Source: Promethearchaeota archaeon
Lineage (GTDB): Archaea > Asgardarchaeota > Lokiarchaeia > Sigyniarchaeales > SOKP01
Direction: 5' to 3'
DNA: 64,000 nt
NCBI GenBank assembly: GCA_019058295.1
Contig: JAHPZI010000028.1
Span: 1 to 64,000, forward strand
Shown here: positions 48,501 to 57,773 of the stretch, in pieces
Layout: each line of letters opens with the position of its first letter
Numbering within the stretch: the first letter of the stretch is position 1
Position numbers and translations under genes: made by a program
The notes under the pieces: generated by a model
What the model saw: the letters and a program-made list of their open reading frames with translations, nothing else
Database searches by the model: none
Told to the model about the DNA's origin: nothing

Positions 48501-50492
48501 GATTTTTGTCCAATATATGATGATGGTCATAATGGAGATAAAGTTTTTATTGATGGTTTGGGCGTGAGCCCCGGTTATATGAGTTGGAACACGGTAGAAA
48601 AGAAAAGTTGGTGTTCGGGATCGGGATCGCTTTCTGATCCATATATCATTAGTGGCTTAAGAATTGATGCGGGAGGTTTAAATAGTTGTATTATCTTAAG
48701 AGATTCATCTAAAAATGTCATGTTTTATGATTGTAAAGGCATTAATGCTGAAGATGGCGGAGGTAAATATTTTGCAGGATTAAGATTAATCAATGTATCG
48801 AATGTAACAATAACTAATTGTAATTTTTCTTTAAATGGAGATTTTGGAATATATATAACTGGGTTCTATTGGAATCCCTGTGAGAAAATTAAAATTAAGG
48901 AAAACACCTTAGAAGATAATGGAATGAGCGGAATATATGGATTTGATTCTATTATTGAATCTGAAATTCATAAAAACAATATCACTGATAATGAACTCCA
49001 TGGAATTCATCTTTATAAACACTGCGATAATAATTCAATTAAATGGAATACTATTAATGATCATAGTAATGGAGCTGGAATTCGCATAGAAAATATTTCC
49101 GAAAACAACCTAATTTATAATAATTGGCTAACATTAAATAAATACGGGATTAATTTAGATGATGTCAATTATAATGATATAATAAAAAACGATATAGCTG
49201 ATTCAACTACAGATGGAATTTATCTAGAGGAACGTTCCGGTAATTTCTTTATTGAGGATAACAGAATTTACTCCAGTACTGAAAGTGGAATAAATTTTGT
49301 AACTGTTTCTGAATTTTGGTATTTTCGAAATAATGTTACAATTATTGATAATGAAATCTACGATAATCATGAATATGGTATAGAGTTAAGAGATGCTGAA
49401 TTCTGCTTTATTATTAACAATACTTTGAGGATTAACGATAGAGGGATTGGAGTTGTTAAACGATGCTCACAAAATAAGATTATAGGTAATGATATCTTTG
49501 ATAATTTTATAGTAGGACTATATTTTGATATTGATTGTGGAGGCAACTATATATATAAAAATAATTTCACTGGAAATTTTGAACACGCCGATGATTCTGC
49601 CTTATTTCCCATAGAAAATCAATGGTATTTTAATCTTAAGGGGAATTATTGGGATGATTACGGCGACCAAGGTGGTAAAGATAGCAATGATGATGGTGTT
49701 GGAGATGATGGTATCCCTTATAATGTACCAAGCCTCATGAATTTAAAAGATCTTTATCCTATTTGGTGGGACGCCCCGAATTTTACAATTCTTAAACCAC
49801 AACAAAACGCGCAACTCTCAGCAGAACAAAATCCAGAATTCGTAATTAAATTTGATGAGGGAGAATCATATCACTTATGGTATGAAATTGTAGGAGTTGG
49901 AACAAGTCCTATAACTGTTAAATTCACTCCCCCCAAAATAGAAGGAGAGGATGATTACATTGAAAAGATTGATAATAATTTATGGAAGAATACTCCCCAA
50001 GGACAAAGAACAATTAGATTTTATACTAACGATAGTAGAGGCTATGTTCGCTATAATGATGTTTTGATTACAAAATTAAATGCAACAATCAAAGAAGCTC
50101 CTCCCCCAACTGCCGTTGATGATGATGATGATGATGGTGCTGGTAAAGATGAAGAAGAAGAAGGATTACCTTGGTGGCTTCAAGCGATATTTACAGGTAT
50201 TATAAGTGCGACCGCGGGTTTGGTAATTAAGATGTCTTATAGCGCACATAAACGGAAAAAAGAACTATACAGAAAAGTATCTGATAGTTTTGATAGAATT
50301 GATAATCTGGAGATATTTTTACAAGATAAATTAGGTACGGAAGAATGGGCTAAACTTAAAGGACCAATTCAACAATATCAGAATCATGAGATCTCTTCAA
50401 AAAAATTGATAAAAGAGAGTAAGAAGTCTGTTGGGAAAAGATTTATAGAATTATTTATTAGACCCAAACCTAAGAAAAGAATGAAATCCTAA
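45543..50492 (+). CDS. large cell-surface protein with four NosD/PbH1 beta-helix modules, TM anchor and cytoplasmic tail
   Basis: N-terminal signal/TM; four modules G.G...PY.I ... GN.W..Y ... D.DDDG.GD ... D.YP; poly-Asp linker, TM near aa 1545, ~80-aa tail. Confidence 0.88.
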   Translation: MMKKSNKIKILAVLLFSMIVFTLFIQVSFLSLLNKDETQEQPIQKAKEIKSSAVITEFLYINQEDYNNNWTVVKDKYSFITGSGTLGDPYLISNTEFDGQNIHGAITINNSKNVNFKIKNCRFYNIGSSDSPSAAIQIIDSRNGTITGCDFSSSDDGNIGIKMFNGTWKMTIANNNFTNFKYAIYAESSYQNIISGNNIDENNVGIYLKLWCNMNEIYNNYLSENSIAGIFLTDSCWNNKISGNIINDNVVFGVLIAFSGNTKIYGNNSINNNGYGIYMTGSDWNNIENNTIISNNNDGVYISGSWWNNFTRNLIKDNVEVGVHIDESKGDSQNNYIYENDFINNGEHAIDYDYSNNWNKNNVGNKWDNYTQLTGGKDADDDGIGDAPYNFTGGRDYYPIYNDGLDAGPYPGVIWIDENSPQWNWTWAKDRYWFTGGDGGVLNPYTISPNIFWEGKIDGLGQYSCITLVNTHGPYFILEDLTLYNSGSAGINITDSGVGKIINCNSSNNGDGIFLDEAQFINISQCILNDNSRAGIFVTNDSMNNLAWDNSLSNNDYGIYIEDDSDNNNFTSNIILNSDLYGAYVSGAKVDVNDTVFYENTFQNKLTGDNAYDDGPDTIWYLNERGNSWDDYPDAPIYGKDADDDGIGDKSYDKIYGSANSIDKYPIYFDDLDEYALYIDDNATGPGAHNWTWASKRLFITGNGSAIDPYLIKDVSFNGSKLWDNSWPKCGITIKNSAEYNIYFKIENCTIYDAIDAGIYLNNASRGTIINNSIDISNNPNLKIGIHLTNSANLNNISYNTLNSFEKGLFMNYSCYSNYIKGNFMEWNDWGIILERWCSSNVLINNTLSNNNFAGLFFNNSCYVNNVTQCTISNNLDGIRFRKSCKSNEIFENDIKRNNQFDSKGVLILDNDSAYNIFYENNFTGNTIHVLDDGTYNRWNTTVYGNQIGNIWGNYTEIPGHADDDDDGIGDVPYPIRNSTGAWINNDFCPIYDDGHNGDKVFIDGLGVSPGYMSWNTVEKKSWCSGSGSLSDPYIISGLRIDAGGLNSCIILRDSSKNVMFYDCKGINAEDGGGKYFAGLRLINVSNVTITNCNFSLNGDFGIYITGFYWNPCEKIKIKENTLEDNGMSGIYGFDSIIESEIHKNNITDNELHGIHLYKHCDNNSIKWNTINDHSNGAGIRIENISENNLIYNNWLTLNKYGINLDDVNYNDIIKNDIADSTTDGIYLEERSGNFFIEDNRIYSSTESGINFVTVSEFWYFRNNVTIIDNEIYDNHEYGIELRDAEFCFIINNTLRINDRGIGVVKRCSQNKIIGNDIFDNFIVGLYFDIDCGGNYIYKNNFTGNFEHADDSALFPIENQWYFNLKGNYWDDYGDQGGKDSNDDGVGDDGIPYNVPSLMNLKDLYPIWWDAPNFTILKPQQNAQLSAEQNPEFVIKFDEGESYHLWYEIVGVGTSPITVKFTPPKIEGEDDYIEKIDNNLWKNTPQGQRTIRFYTNDSRGYVRYNDVLITKLNATIKEAPPPTAVDDDDDDGAGKDEEEEGLPWWLQAIFTGIISATAGLVIKMSYSAHKRKKELYRKVSDSFDRIDNLEIFLQDKLGTEEWAKLKGPIQQYQNHEISSKKLIKESKKSVGKRFIELFIRPKPKKRMKS

Positions 50493-50627
50493 TTCTTTAA
50501 TTTTTTTTATATTTTTTAATTTTATTTTTTATAATTATTAAAAATTTAAGCTCTTATACTTTATTTATAATAAAAAAGAATTTATTTGTTATAAGGTAAA
50601 TTCATTTTAGAGAGAGAAAAGAGAAAA

Positions 50628-51959
50628 TTGGTAAGACCACCGACAGAAAAAAATATTTGCTTGCTTTGTAAAGGCGCTCGGTTGTATTGTGGGAAAAAAA
50701 CATGTCCAATCTTATTAAAGCAATCTATATTAAAATCTATCATTCCTTTTGAATTGGGAAAATCTAAACGGAATGTTGAGATTTTCGGCGCAAGTCCACC
50801 TGGATTTTTTGTTGGAAGATATAATTATCCAAATGTAGCAGTTGGACCCCTTGTCCCCTTTAAAGAATTTGAATCCGAACTTAATATTGAAGATCATCAT
50901 ATTCTTGATGCTCCTGAACTTTGGTTTGGTAAACAAATGGCTGAAGTTATTCAATATCGAAGTAGTTTAGTTCGGAGTAATTTTAAAATAAATGTAAAAA
51001 TTGACGAGCAAAAATTGAAAAATACTCCTCCGATAAGTGCACAAAAATTATTAGAAACCTCACAAGAACTTTCAATGGCCGCTCGTCCGGTAGATACAGA
51101 AACGAAATTGCAAAAATTAAATCTACGAATGATAATGGATAATCATGCTTTACCCGTAGGTCCTTCGGGTATTACTGAAAAAATAAAAATTACCGAAAAT
51201 GTAAAGGTCCATCCAAAGGTGGATTATTGTGTATCTGATACTGATTTAAAGGCCCAAGAGGCTATATCTGAACATCTTTATCTTAAAGGAAGCGTTCCAT
51301 TATCGTCAATTCAAAGAGTTTTTTCAGCAGGATTGCTTGGAGAAAAAAATAAACGAAAATTGGTCCCTACGCGATGGGCCATAACTGCCATAGATGATAT
51401 GATTTCAAAAAGATTAATTAAGGAAGTTAAAAAATTTCCAGAAATAAACGATTATAGAATTTTTGAAGCTAAATATCTTGATAATCATTTTAAAATTCTC
51501 TTATTTCCTGGAAAATTCACTTATGAAATGAATGAAGTCTGGGCGCCAAACTCATTATGGAATATCTCTCTTTCTGGAAATAATCGCAATTTAAAACCCC
51601 AAATAATGACAGATTTTGAATTTTATAGAGGCCGGAAATCATACGCAAGTAATATAACGGGTGCTTATTATGCTGCCCGAAAAGCAGTTTGCGATTATTT
51701 ATTTAAATTAAGAAGACAAGCGCGGATTTTAATCTTTCGAGAGGTTTCTTCTGGTTATGTGGTTCCGTTAGGTGTATGGGTTATAAGGGAAACTGTAAAA
51801 AACGCTGTGGAATCGAATGAACCTATAATTTTAGATAATTTCGATGCAGCACTTAATAAAATGACTGAAGGGCTAATTGTTGATATAAAACACTGGAAAA
51901 AAAGTAGTAAATTAATTGATTTTATTAAAACTCAGAAAACTATTGATAGCTTTTTGTAA
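50628..51959 (+). CDS. nreA: Nre family archaeal DNA repair protein
   Basis: C..CKG...CG...CP, SPP.FFVG..NYP.V..GP, LVPTRWAITA.D, GAYYAAR, PLGVWVIRE; C-terminal PIP box QKTIDSFL. Confidence 0.9.
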   Translation: MVRPPTEKNICLLCKGARLYCGKKTCPILLKQSILKSIIPFELGKSKRNVEIFGASPPGFFVGRYNYPNVAVGPLVPFKEFESELNIEDHHILDAPELWFGKQMAEVIQYRSSLVRSNFKINVKIDEQKLKNTPPISAQKLLETSQELSMAARPVDTETKLQKLNLRMIMDNHALPVGPSGITEKIKITENVKVHPKVDYCVSDTDLKAQEAISEHLYLKGSVPLSSIQRVFSAGLLGEKNKRKLVPTRWAITAIDDMISKRLIKEVKKFPEINDYRIFEAKYLDNHFKILLFPGKFTYEMNEVWAPNSLWNISLSGNNRNLKPQIMTDFEFYRGRKSYASNITGAYYAARKAVCDYLFKLRRQARILIFREVSSGYVVPLGVWVIRETVKNAVESNEPIILDNFDAALNKMTEGLIVDIKHWKKSSKLIDFIKTQKTIDSFL

Positions 51960-52161
51960 AAAATTATTCATAAACTCCTAAATTTCATTTAGGAATAATT
52001 GCTTTATATATAATTTCCCAATCTATTTCAACTTGAATGAATAAGTAATCTTTTGATATTAATTTTCTTGTTTTGTGATCAAAGAACAAAATTCCTGTAA
52101 ATTAATCACTTTTTTATGCGATTTCTTAATTATTCAATTATAATTCTTTAAGGGAAGTGGT

Positions 52162-52839
52162 ATTAGAATTAAATTTGTAATTTTAATTAAGAATATTTCA
52201 ATTTACATTGGTTTAATCTTTGTTTTTGTATGCTTACATGAAATAGCCCACGGAATAACTGCTATTATATTTGGTGGAGAATTTAAAGGAATTTGGATAA
52301 CTTCTTATTTTGGATTCGGACAAAAAGGAAAAAACGTAGAAATATTTCAAGTTTATTCTTACACAAGTTATAATGATAGTATTTTATGTTATCGATGTGT
52401 AAAAATAGCTGGCAGTTTAATTTCTCTTATTTGTGCTTCTTTAGTAAATTATTTTTCTCAAAAAAAGACAAATTTACCTGTATTCTCAGCAACTTGTTCA
52501 GTAATGTTATATGAAATTTATTATTGGATTATTTCACCAATAATAAAATTTGGAGATGGTTATCAATTACTTCAATCAATAGAAGGAAAGAATTTAACCG
52601 TAACTTTGTTTTTCTCTTTAACCTTCTCTATACTATTAATTTGTGTTATTATAATATCTTATAAGAAATTATTAAGAATGCTCGAAAATATGTATTTAGT
52701 AGAAGTAGAAAAAGAAATCTCTTTAATAGACGAAAAAGAACTCGAGATTAAAAATCTAAGTAAACTAGATAATTTCGATATGGTTTTAAATATAATAGCT
52801 GAAGATCTAACTATTGAACAAAAGCACAAAGAAAATTAA
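52162..52839 (+). CDS. M50/M50B-like membrane zinc metalloprotease (longer than the ORF-track call 52504-52839)
   Basis: Frame open from 52144; HEIAH in a hydrophobic helix, GG, IAGS, GDG; no ATG/GTG/TTG before 52504, so an ATT start (52162 or 52168) is inferred. Confidence 0.65.
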   Translation: MRIKFVILIKNISIYIGLIFVFVCLHEIAHGITAIIFGGEFKGIWITSYFGFGQKGKNVEIFQVYSYTSYNDSILCYRCVKIAGSLISLICASLVNYFSQKKTNLPVFSATCSVMLYEIYYWIISPIIKFGDGYQLLQSIEGKNLTVTLFFSLTFSILLICVIIISYKKLLRMLENMYLVEVEKEISLIDEKELEIKNLSKLDNFDMVLNIIAEDLTIEQKHKEN

Positions 52840-52965
52840 CTATTTATTTATAAAGATATTATTCGTTAAAGAAAGCTATAGATAAAGATTTTAAATAACT
52901 CCTCTCTATATTTTATTTAAATATTTTATTTCAAATTTATTAATTTCAAATGTAGGTAAAATGAA

Positions 52966-53823
52966 TTGATTATTGATATGCATGTTCATCCTTTCTGTAA
53001 GGAGGCTAGTTGGGGGGATGATTTAGAATATACTGCAAATGCATTGTTAGGTACTGAAAAGAGAGGGCTAAGGGCGATGGAGTCATTTTTTAAGATAATG
53101 GCAACAAAAATCTCAATAGGCGATTATATTAAACTAATGGATAATTATAGCATCGATAAAGCTGTTATCGTTTCATATAATCTTACTACAGCTTATGGTG
53201 TTTGTATAGTCACTAATGATGATGTGGCTGATTTTGTTGCGAAGTATCCAGATAAGTTAATTGGATTTGCCTGTATCGATTTTCCTGCGCCAGATGCAAT
53301 GGAACAGCTTGATTATGCGATAAACTCCTTAGAATTAAAAGGAGTCAAGCTTGTTCCTCCTGCTCAAAAATTCGATATTTCTGATAAGAAGTACAATTCG
53401 CTCTATCGTAAAATGGTGGATTTGAATGTTCCGCTTTGGACCCACACTGCACATTTAATGTCTATCACTGGTGCAGTAACGAAATTTGGCCATCCTAAGC
53501 TTGTCGACAGATTAGCTACAGAACACCAAGATTTAACTATAATAATGGGCCATATGGGCACTCCATGGTTCTGGGACGCTTGGTCAGTGGTAGCTCGGCA
53601 TCCAAATGTTTATATAGATATATCAGCTTACCCAGATCTTTACTCTTGGTTCCCCTTTGATGCATATACTAAATATAACATAGAAGATAAGGTTTTATTT
53701 GCCTCTGATCACCCATTATGCCACTGGAATAAGATTATACCTGCAGTAGATGCTCTTCCGATTTCCAAGAGCTTTAAAAAGAGAATATTGGGAGAAAATG
53801 CTGTTAAACTCTTAAAGATATAA
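52966..53823 (+). CDS. amidohydrolase family 2 protein
   Basis: IIDMHVH, LKGVKL, HT, MGHMG.PW, NVYIDIS, VLFASDHP, ILGENA. Confidence 0.9.
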   Translation: MIIDMHVHPFCKEASWGDDLEYTANALLGTEKRGLRAMESFFKIMATKISIGDYIKLMDNYSIDKAVIVSYNLTTAYGVCIVTNDDVADFVAKYPDKLIGFACIDFPAPDAMEQLDYAINSLELKGVKLVPPAQKFDISDKKYNSLYRKMVDLNVPLWTHTAHLMSITGAVTKFGHPKLVDRLATEHQDLTIIMGHMGTPWFWDAWSVVARHPNVYIDISAYPDLYSWFPFDAYTKYNIEDKVLFASDHPLCHWNKIIPAVDALPISKSFKKRILGENAVKLLKI

Positions 53824-53901
53824 TATAACCTTTTAATGAGAAAAAATTAACTTATAGATTTTTAAACAAAAAAATAAAAATCTAAAAGGTTTTTAAAAAA
53901 T

Positions 53902-55110
53902 ATGTCAGAAAAATCAATTGTATATTGGGCATCGCCATGGGAATTAATGGCTTTTCCAAATTCTGCGAAGAATATAATAACAAATAATTTAGTAAAAACT
54001 AAATTTTTGTTAGATAAAATCTTAGATGGTTTCATAAATACGGGGGATAAAGTTGGAGTAAAAGTTCATGTTGGAGAAAGATATAATACCCGATATTTAC
54101 GTCACGATTATGTTCGTGAAGTCGTTGATGCGATTAAAGCAAAAGACGGTATACCTACTCTTATAGAAACCCAAAATTTAGGAATGGATATTCAACATAT
54201 AAATCTCTCTGAAAATTATTCTATTAACATTATGAGACGAAAAACGGCAGCAGAGCACGAAAAAACAGCACAACTCCATGGGTATTCTGAGTCAATAGTT
54301 GGCGCACCAATAAAATTTATTGATGGAGATAAGGGACTAGATGGAAAAATTATTGAGATAGATGGGATTCACTTGAAAGAAGTATCTGTTGGTATTGGAC
54401 TTTATGAATTTGATAAGATTGTAGCGATATCACATTTTAAAGGACATCAAGCAGCAGGTTTTGGAGGTGCTATGAAACAACTTGGAATTGGGTTCCTTTC
54501 TAAAACAGGTAAGTATCGTTCTCATTTTAATAGCGATATGAGTATTAATAAAAAGAGATGTAATATTTCTAAGTGCTCACAAGAATGTATTGAAGCTTGT
54601 CCAGTAAATGCAATTAAAATAGAAAGTGAATCTGCTGTTATCGACCCTTCTATTTGTGTTTGTTGTACTGCGTGTCTTGAAAAATGTCCTGTTAAAAAAG
54701 CGATAAATAGAGATTTTAATATGGATTTTAAGAATTTCATAGAGCGTGTGTGTGATAACTGTGCTGCAGTAATAAATTCTTATGGCCCAGAAAAATTTCG
54801 TTATATTAACTTTGCCTTTGATGTAGTTGCTCAATGCGACTGTGTTGCTACTCCTAGTATGCCTATTATTCCTGATCTTGGTATATTTGGTTCATCTGAT
54901 CCCGTTGCGATAGATAAAGCTTGTATAGATGCAGAAACTAATGCTCCCGGACTACCTATTATGGATCAAAATGGACAATGGAAAGAACCAACTCCTATTG
55001 GAATTGAGAAATTTAATGCAATTAATAAGATGGTTGATTGTTCTTGGGTTTTCGATGCTGCTGTTAAAAATAGACTGGGAAATTTAGATTATGAATTGAT
55101 AAAAATATAA
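53902..55110 (+). CDS. DUF362 domain Fe-S protein with inserted 2x[4Fe-4S] ferredoxin
   Basis: VKVHVGE, SHFKGH...GFGGAMKQLG, two CxxCxxxC/CP sets, CDC, SSDPVAIDKAC. Confidence 0.88.
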   Translation: MSEKSIVYWASPWELMAFPNSAKNIITNNLVKTKFLLDKILDGFINTGDKVGVKVHVGERYNTRYLRHDYVREVVDAIKAKDGIPTLIETQNLGMDIQHINLSENYSINIMRRKTAAEHEKTAQLHGYSESIVGAPIKFIDGDKGLDGKIIEIDGIHLKEVSVGIGLYEFDKIVAISHFKGHQAAGFGGAMKQLGIGFLSKTGKYRSHFNSDMSINKKRCNISKCSQECIEACPVNAIKIESESAVIDPSICVCCTACLEKCPVKKAINRDFNMDFKNFIERVCDNCAAVINSYGPEKFRYINFAFDVVAQCDCVATPSMPIIPDLGIFGSSDPVAIDKACIDAETNAPGLPIMDQNGQWKEPTPIGIEKFNAINKMVDCSWVFDAAVKNRLGNLDYELIKI

Positions 55111-55199
55111 TTCATACATTATTTTTTTTTTAAGATTGTTTTTAAAAATTATTTAATTATCGTAATTAATCTCTTTTTCATATTTATGAGTATATTGAA

Positions 55200-56420
55200 G
55201 TGAATTATATGTGGGTGAATGCTTGGATGTCCATGAGAATGGACGCCAACCAACGGTGGTGGAGTTTTGGGTGGAATTTTGACGAATCAATACGCAGTCA
55301 AATGGATTTACCAGATAAAGTGATTATTAAAGACGATACTTTAAGGGAAGGTGAAGAAACACCTGGAACTTACTTTACAATAGATCAAAAGGTCGAAATT
55401 GCTAAAGCATTGGAAGAAATGGGAATCCCTGAAATTGAAGTTGGATATGCTGCAGGAATCAAGGAGCATGCAGAAACTTTTAAGGCTCTTAAACGAGAAG
55501 GTATAAAAATGAAATTATCATCTCACGCAAGATTATATGCTGAAGATATAAAGAAGGAAGTTGACGATATTTTAGCTGCTGAAACAGATCACATAAATTT
55601 TTTACTTGTCCCTGGTCCCGCTTTAAAAACTAAGAAAGCAGTTTTTGAAAGAATAACTGAAGGTATAGAATATGCGAAAGCTCAAGATGCTTATGTAGCA
55701 TTTGGCTCTGGACGAGTTATTCCGAAATTTTGGGAAAAATTCTTACATCTAGCTATGGATGCGGGAGTCGATAGGATTGTTGTATACGATGGAAATGGGT
55801 GCGCTCTGCCAGTTGCATTTAAAGATAATGTTGCTTTTACAAAAAAAATTGTTAAAGATATACCCATAGAAGTCCATACACATAACGACCTAGGTTTAGC
55901 AGTAGCTACAACACTTGCTGGAGTTGAAGGTGGTGCTCAAATTGTTGATGTAGTATTTAATGGACTAGGCGATAGAGCTGGAAATGCTTCTACTGAAGAA
56001 GTTATAATGGCGCTTGAAATTTTATATGGAATTGATTTAAATTTAAAATTGGATAAAATAATGGAAGTTTCTCAACTTATTGAGAAATATAGTAAAACAC
56101 CATTGCAATCCCATAAAGCTATTGTAGGTAAAAATTGTTTTATTCACGAATCAGATTTACATGTAGAGCAAATTTTGATAGGGAATTGGACAACTTGGGA
56201 ATTATATCAACCTCATGTGGTTGGACAAACTCGAAAACTAATCTTTGGCGCAACAACACTTCAGGATAGAGCGCTTAAGGCGAAATTAAATAAGATCGGT
56301 TTGGAACCAACTACAGAACAGCTAGATATTCTACGCAAACAAATTAAAGAGAAAATAAAGACTCAAGATTTCATTTCTGAACAAGAACTTGAAGAATTAG
56401 CCAAAAAAACACTCAAATAG
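55200..56420 (+). CDS. homocitrate/isopropylmalate synthase family (DRE-TIM) enzyme without regulatory domain
   Basis: DDTLREGEE, HTHNDLGLA, NGLGDRAGNA, KAIVG.NCF.HES..H; start uncertain. Confidence 0.82.
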   Translation: MNYMWVNAWMSMRMDANQRWWSFGWNFDESIRSQMDLPDKVIIKDDTLREGEETPGTYFTIDQKVEIAKALEEMGIPEIEVGYAAGIKEHAETFKALKREGIKMKLSSHARLYAEDIKKEVDDILAAETDHINFLLVPGPALKTKKAVFERITEGIEYAKAQDAYVAFGSGRVIPKFWEKFLHLAMDAGVDRIVVYDGNGCALPVAFKDNVAFTKKIVKDIPIEVHTHNDLGLAVATTLAGVEGGAQIVDVVFNGLGDRAGNASTEEVIMALEILYGIDLNLKLDKIMEVSQLIEKYSKTPLQSHKAIVGKNCFIHESDLHVEQILIGNWTTWELYQPHVVGQTRKLIFGATTLQDRALKAKLNKIGLEPTTEQLDILRKQIKEKIKTQDFISEQELEELAKKTLK

Positions 56421-56428
56421 CATTATAA

Positions 56429-57019
56429 TTATGATTGATTTACTAACTCATTAAGAATCTTTATAGTTCTTGAAATGTTAAAAATTCCACAAACACAGGG
56501 TTTAGCTAATTTTTCTGCTGCTTTTTCAACAGAAATTTTTCCATTTTTAATCAATTTCACATAATATTCTACAGATTGCGAGGATGTGCAATGATGTCCA
56601 CACATGGTAGTAATTTCTAATGTTTTCTTAGAAGGTAATAACTCCTTCTTTCCAAATGTACCCAATGAAAGATGGACAGTATGCATATTCAAACCGACTT
56701 CTTTAACCGCTTCCTTAATTTCAGAAATTAGACCACTTATCACTATGGAAACTCCTAAATCTTCTTCTTTTAAAGTTTGAGTAATTTCTTTAACTGTTTC
56801 GATATCTGTAAAAGCAGCTGTGATAACAGGAGAAATCTTCCAAGCCGCCTCCCTCATAATATTTGTAGGATTATGCTTTTTCATGATTTCAGCAATCCTT
56901 ATTAATCTTTTACGTGGATCTGGATATTTATCATTTATTCCAGCCGCCAGCATTGCTAATATCACGTAATCTTCCTTTAAATCATTAACAGTTCCAACTC
57001 TATGTAATGAATGTGTTAT
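56429..57019 (-). CDS. conserved hypothetical Cys-containing protein (partner of the adjacent 4Fe-4S protein)
   Basis: TMCGH and C.CGIFN motifs; extends in frame to ATA 57019 (MTHSLHRVG...) 6 nt after GAGGTGA. Confidence 0.75.
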   Translation of the reverse strand: MTHSLHRVGTVNDLKEDYVILAMLAAGINDKYPDPRKRLIRIAEIMKKHNPTNIMREAAWKISPVITAAFTDIETVKEITQTLKEEDLGVSIVISGLISEIKEAVKEVGLNMHTVHLSLGTFGKKELLPSKKTLEITTMCGHHCTSSQSVEYYVKLIKNGKISVEKAAEKLAKPCVCGIFNISRTIKILNELVNQS

Positions 57020-57035
57020 CGCTTTTCACCTCTAT

Positions 57036-57737
57036 TTAGGCTCTACCTAAGCCTATGTTAATTTTAGCATTTGGCTCGACTTTAAATCCTTGCTGATCTA
57101 ATATATCTATAATAGGAATTGAGCCATCCTCCATTACTCTTGAAACGATCCCAACAGTAAAAACTGTATCAATTTCTTTTTCCACTTCTTTGATTATTTG
57201 TAAAACCTGATCAATCTTATTTTTAGGAATTTTGAATTCAATAATAGCAGATAGAACACGCTCATCTTTTACATCGTCTTTAATATTAACTTTATCTTCA
57301 GTCAGAATTGCTGTAACTGGACTCATCTCTTCATATTCCACACCTATCTGTGAAAATTTTGTTGTAAATAATTCGATATTTTTTAACAGCGTTCCAACTC
57401 CAGGGCGTCCTAATTCAATAGAGATCCCATACTCATCTGTTCCAAAACGATTAGTTACATCGTTAGTTTTCATTTCTTCTGTCCCTCTTCCTGGTATCCC
57501 TGTTAACTTATGTGTACCAATCACATCGCTAAATGGATTACGAATAATTCGCGGCCATTTTAATCGTCTGGATTTAATCGCATTGACAGGACATTCTGCG
57601 TTTCGATAACATATAGAACATTCTACGCAATGATTTTTATCTATAACTGCTTTGTTATCAATTATTTTAATAGCTTGAACGGGACAAACTATTACGCATC
57701 TACCGCATCCAGTACAAAGATCTTCTCTTATTTCCAT
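57036..57737 (-). CDS. 4Fe-4S dicluster domain protein
   Basis: [19 protein letters not shown]....CP; [19 protein letters not shown]. Confidence 0.85.
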   Translation of the reverse strand: MEIREDLCTGCGRCVIVCPVQAIKIIDNKAVIDKNHCVECSICYRNAECPVNAIKSRRLKWPRIIRNPFSDVIGTHKLTGIPGRGTEEMKTNDVTNRFGTDEYGISIELGRPGVGTLLKNIELFTTKFSQIGVEYEEMSPVTAILTEDKVNIKDDVKDERVLSAIIEFKIPKNKIDQVLQIIKEVEKEIDTVFTVGIVSRVMEDGSIPIIDILDQQGFKVEPNAKINIGLGRA

Positions 57738-57773
57738 TACAATAACCTAGATTTTTAATTGTTTATTGTGTTT

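Noticed and set aside
50118-50162. (GAT)n and (GAA)n triplet runs as possible repeat elements
   Set aside because: They encode an Asp/Glu linker before the TM helix and are ordinary coding low complexity.
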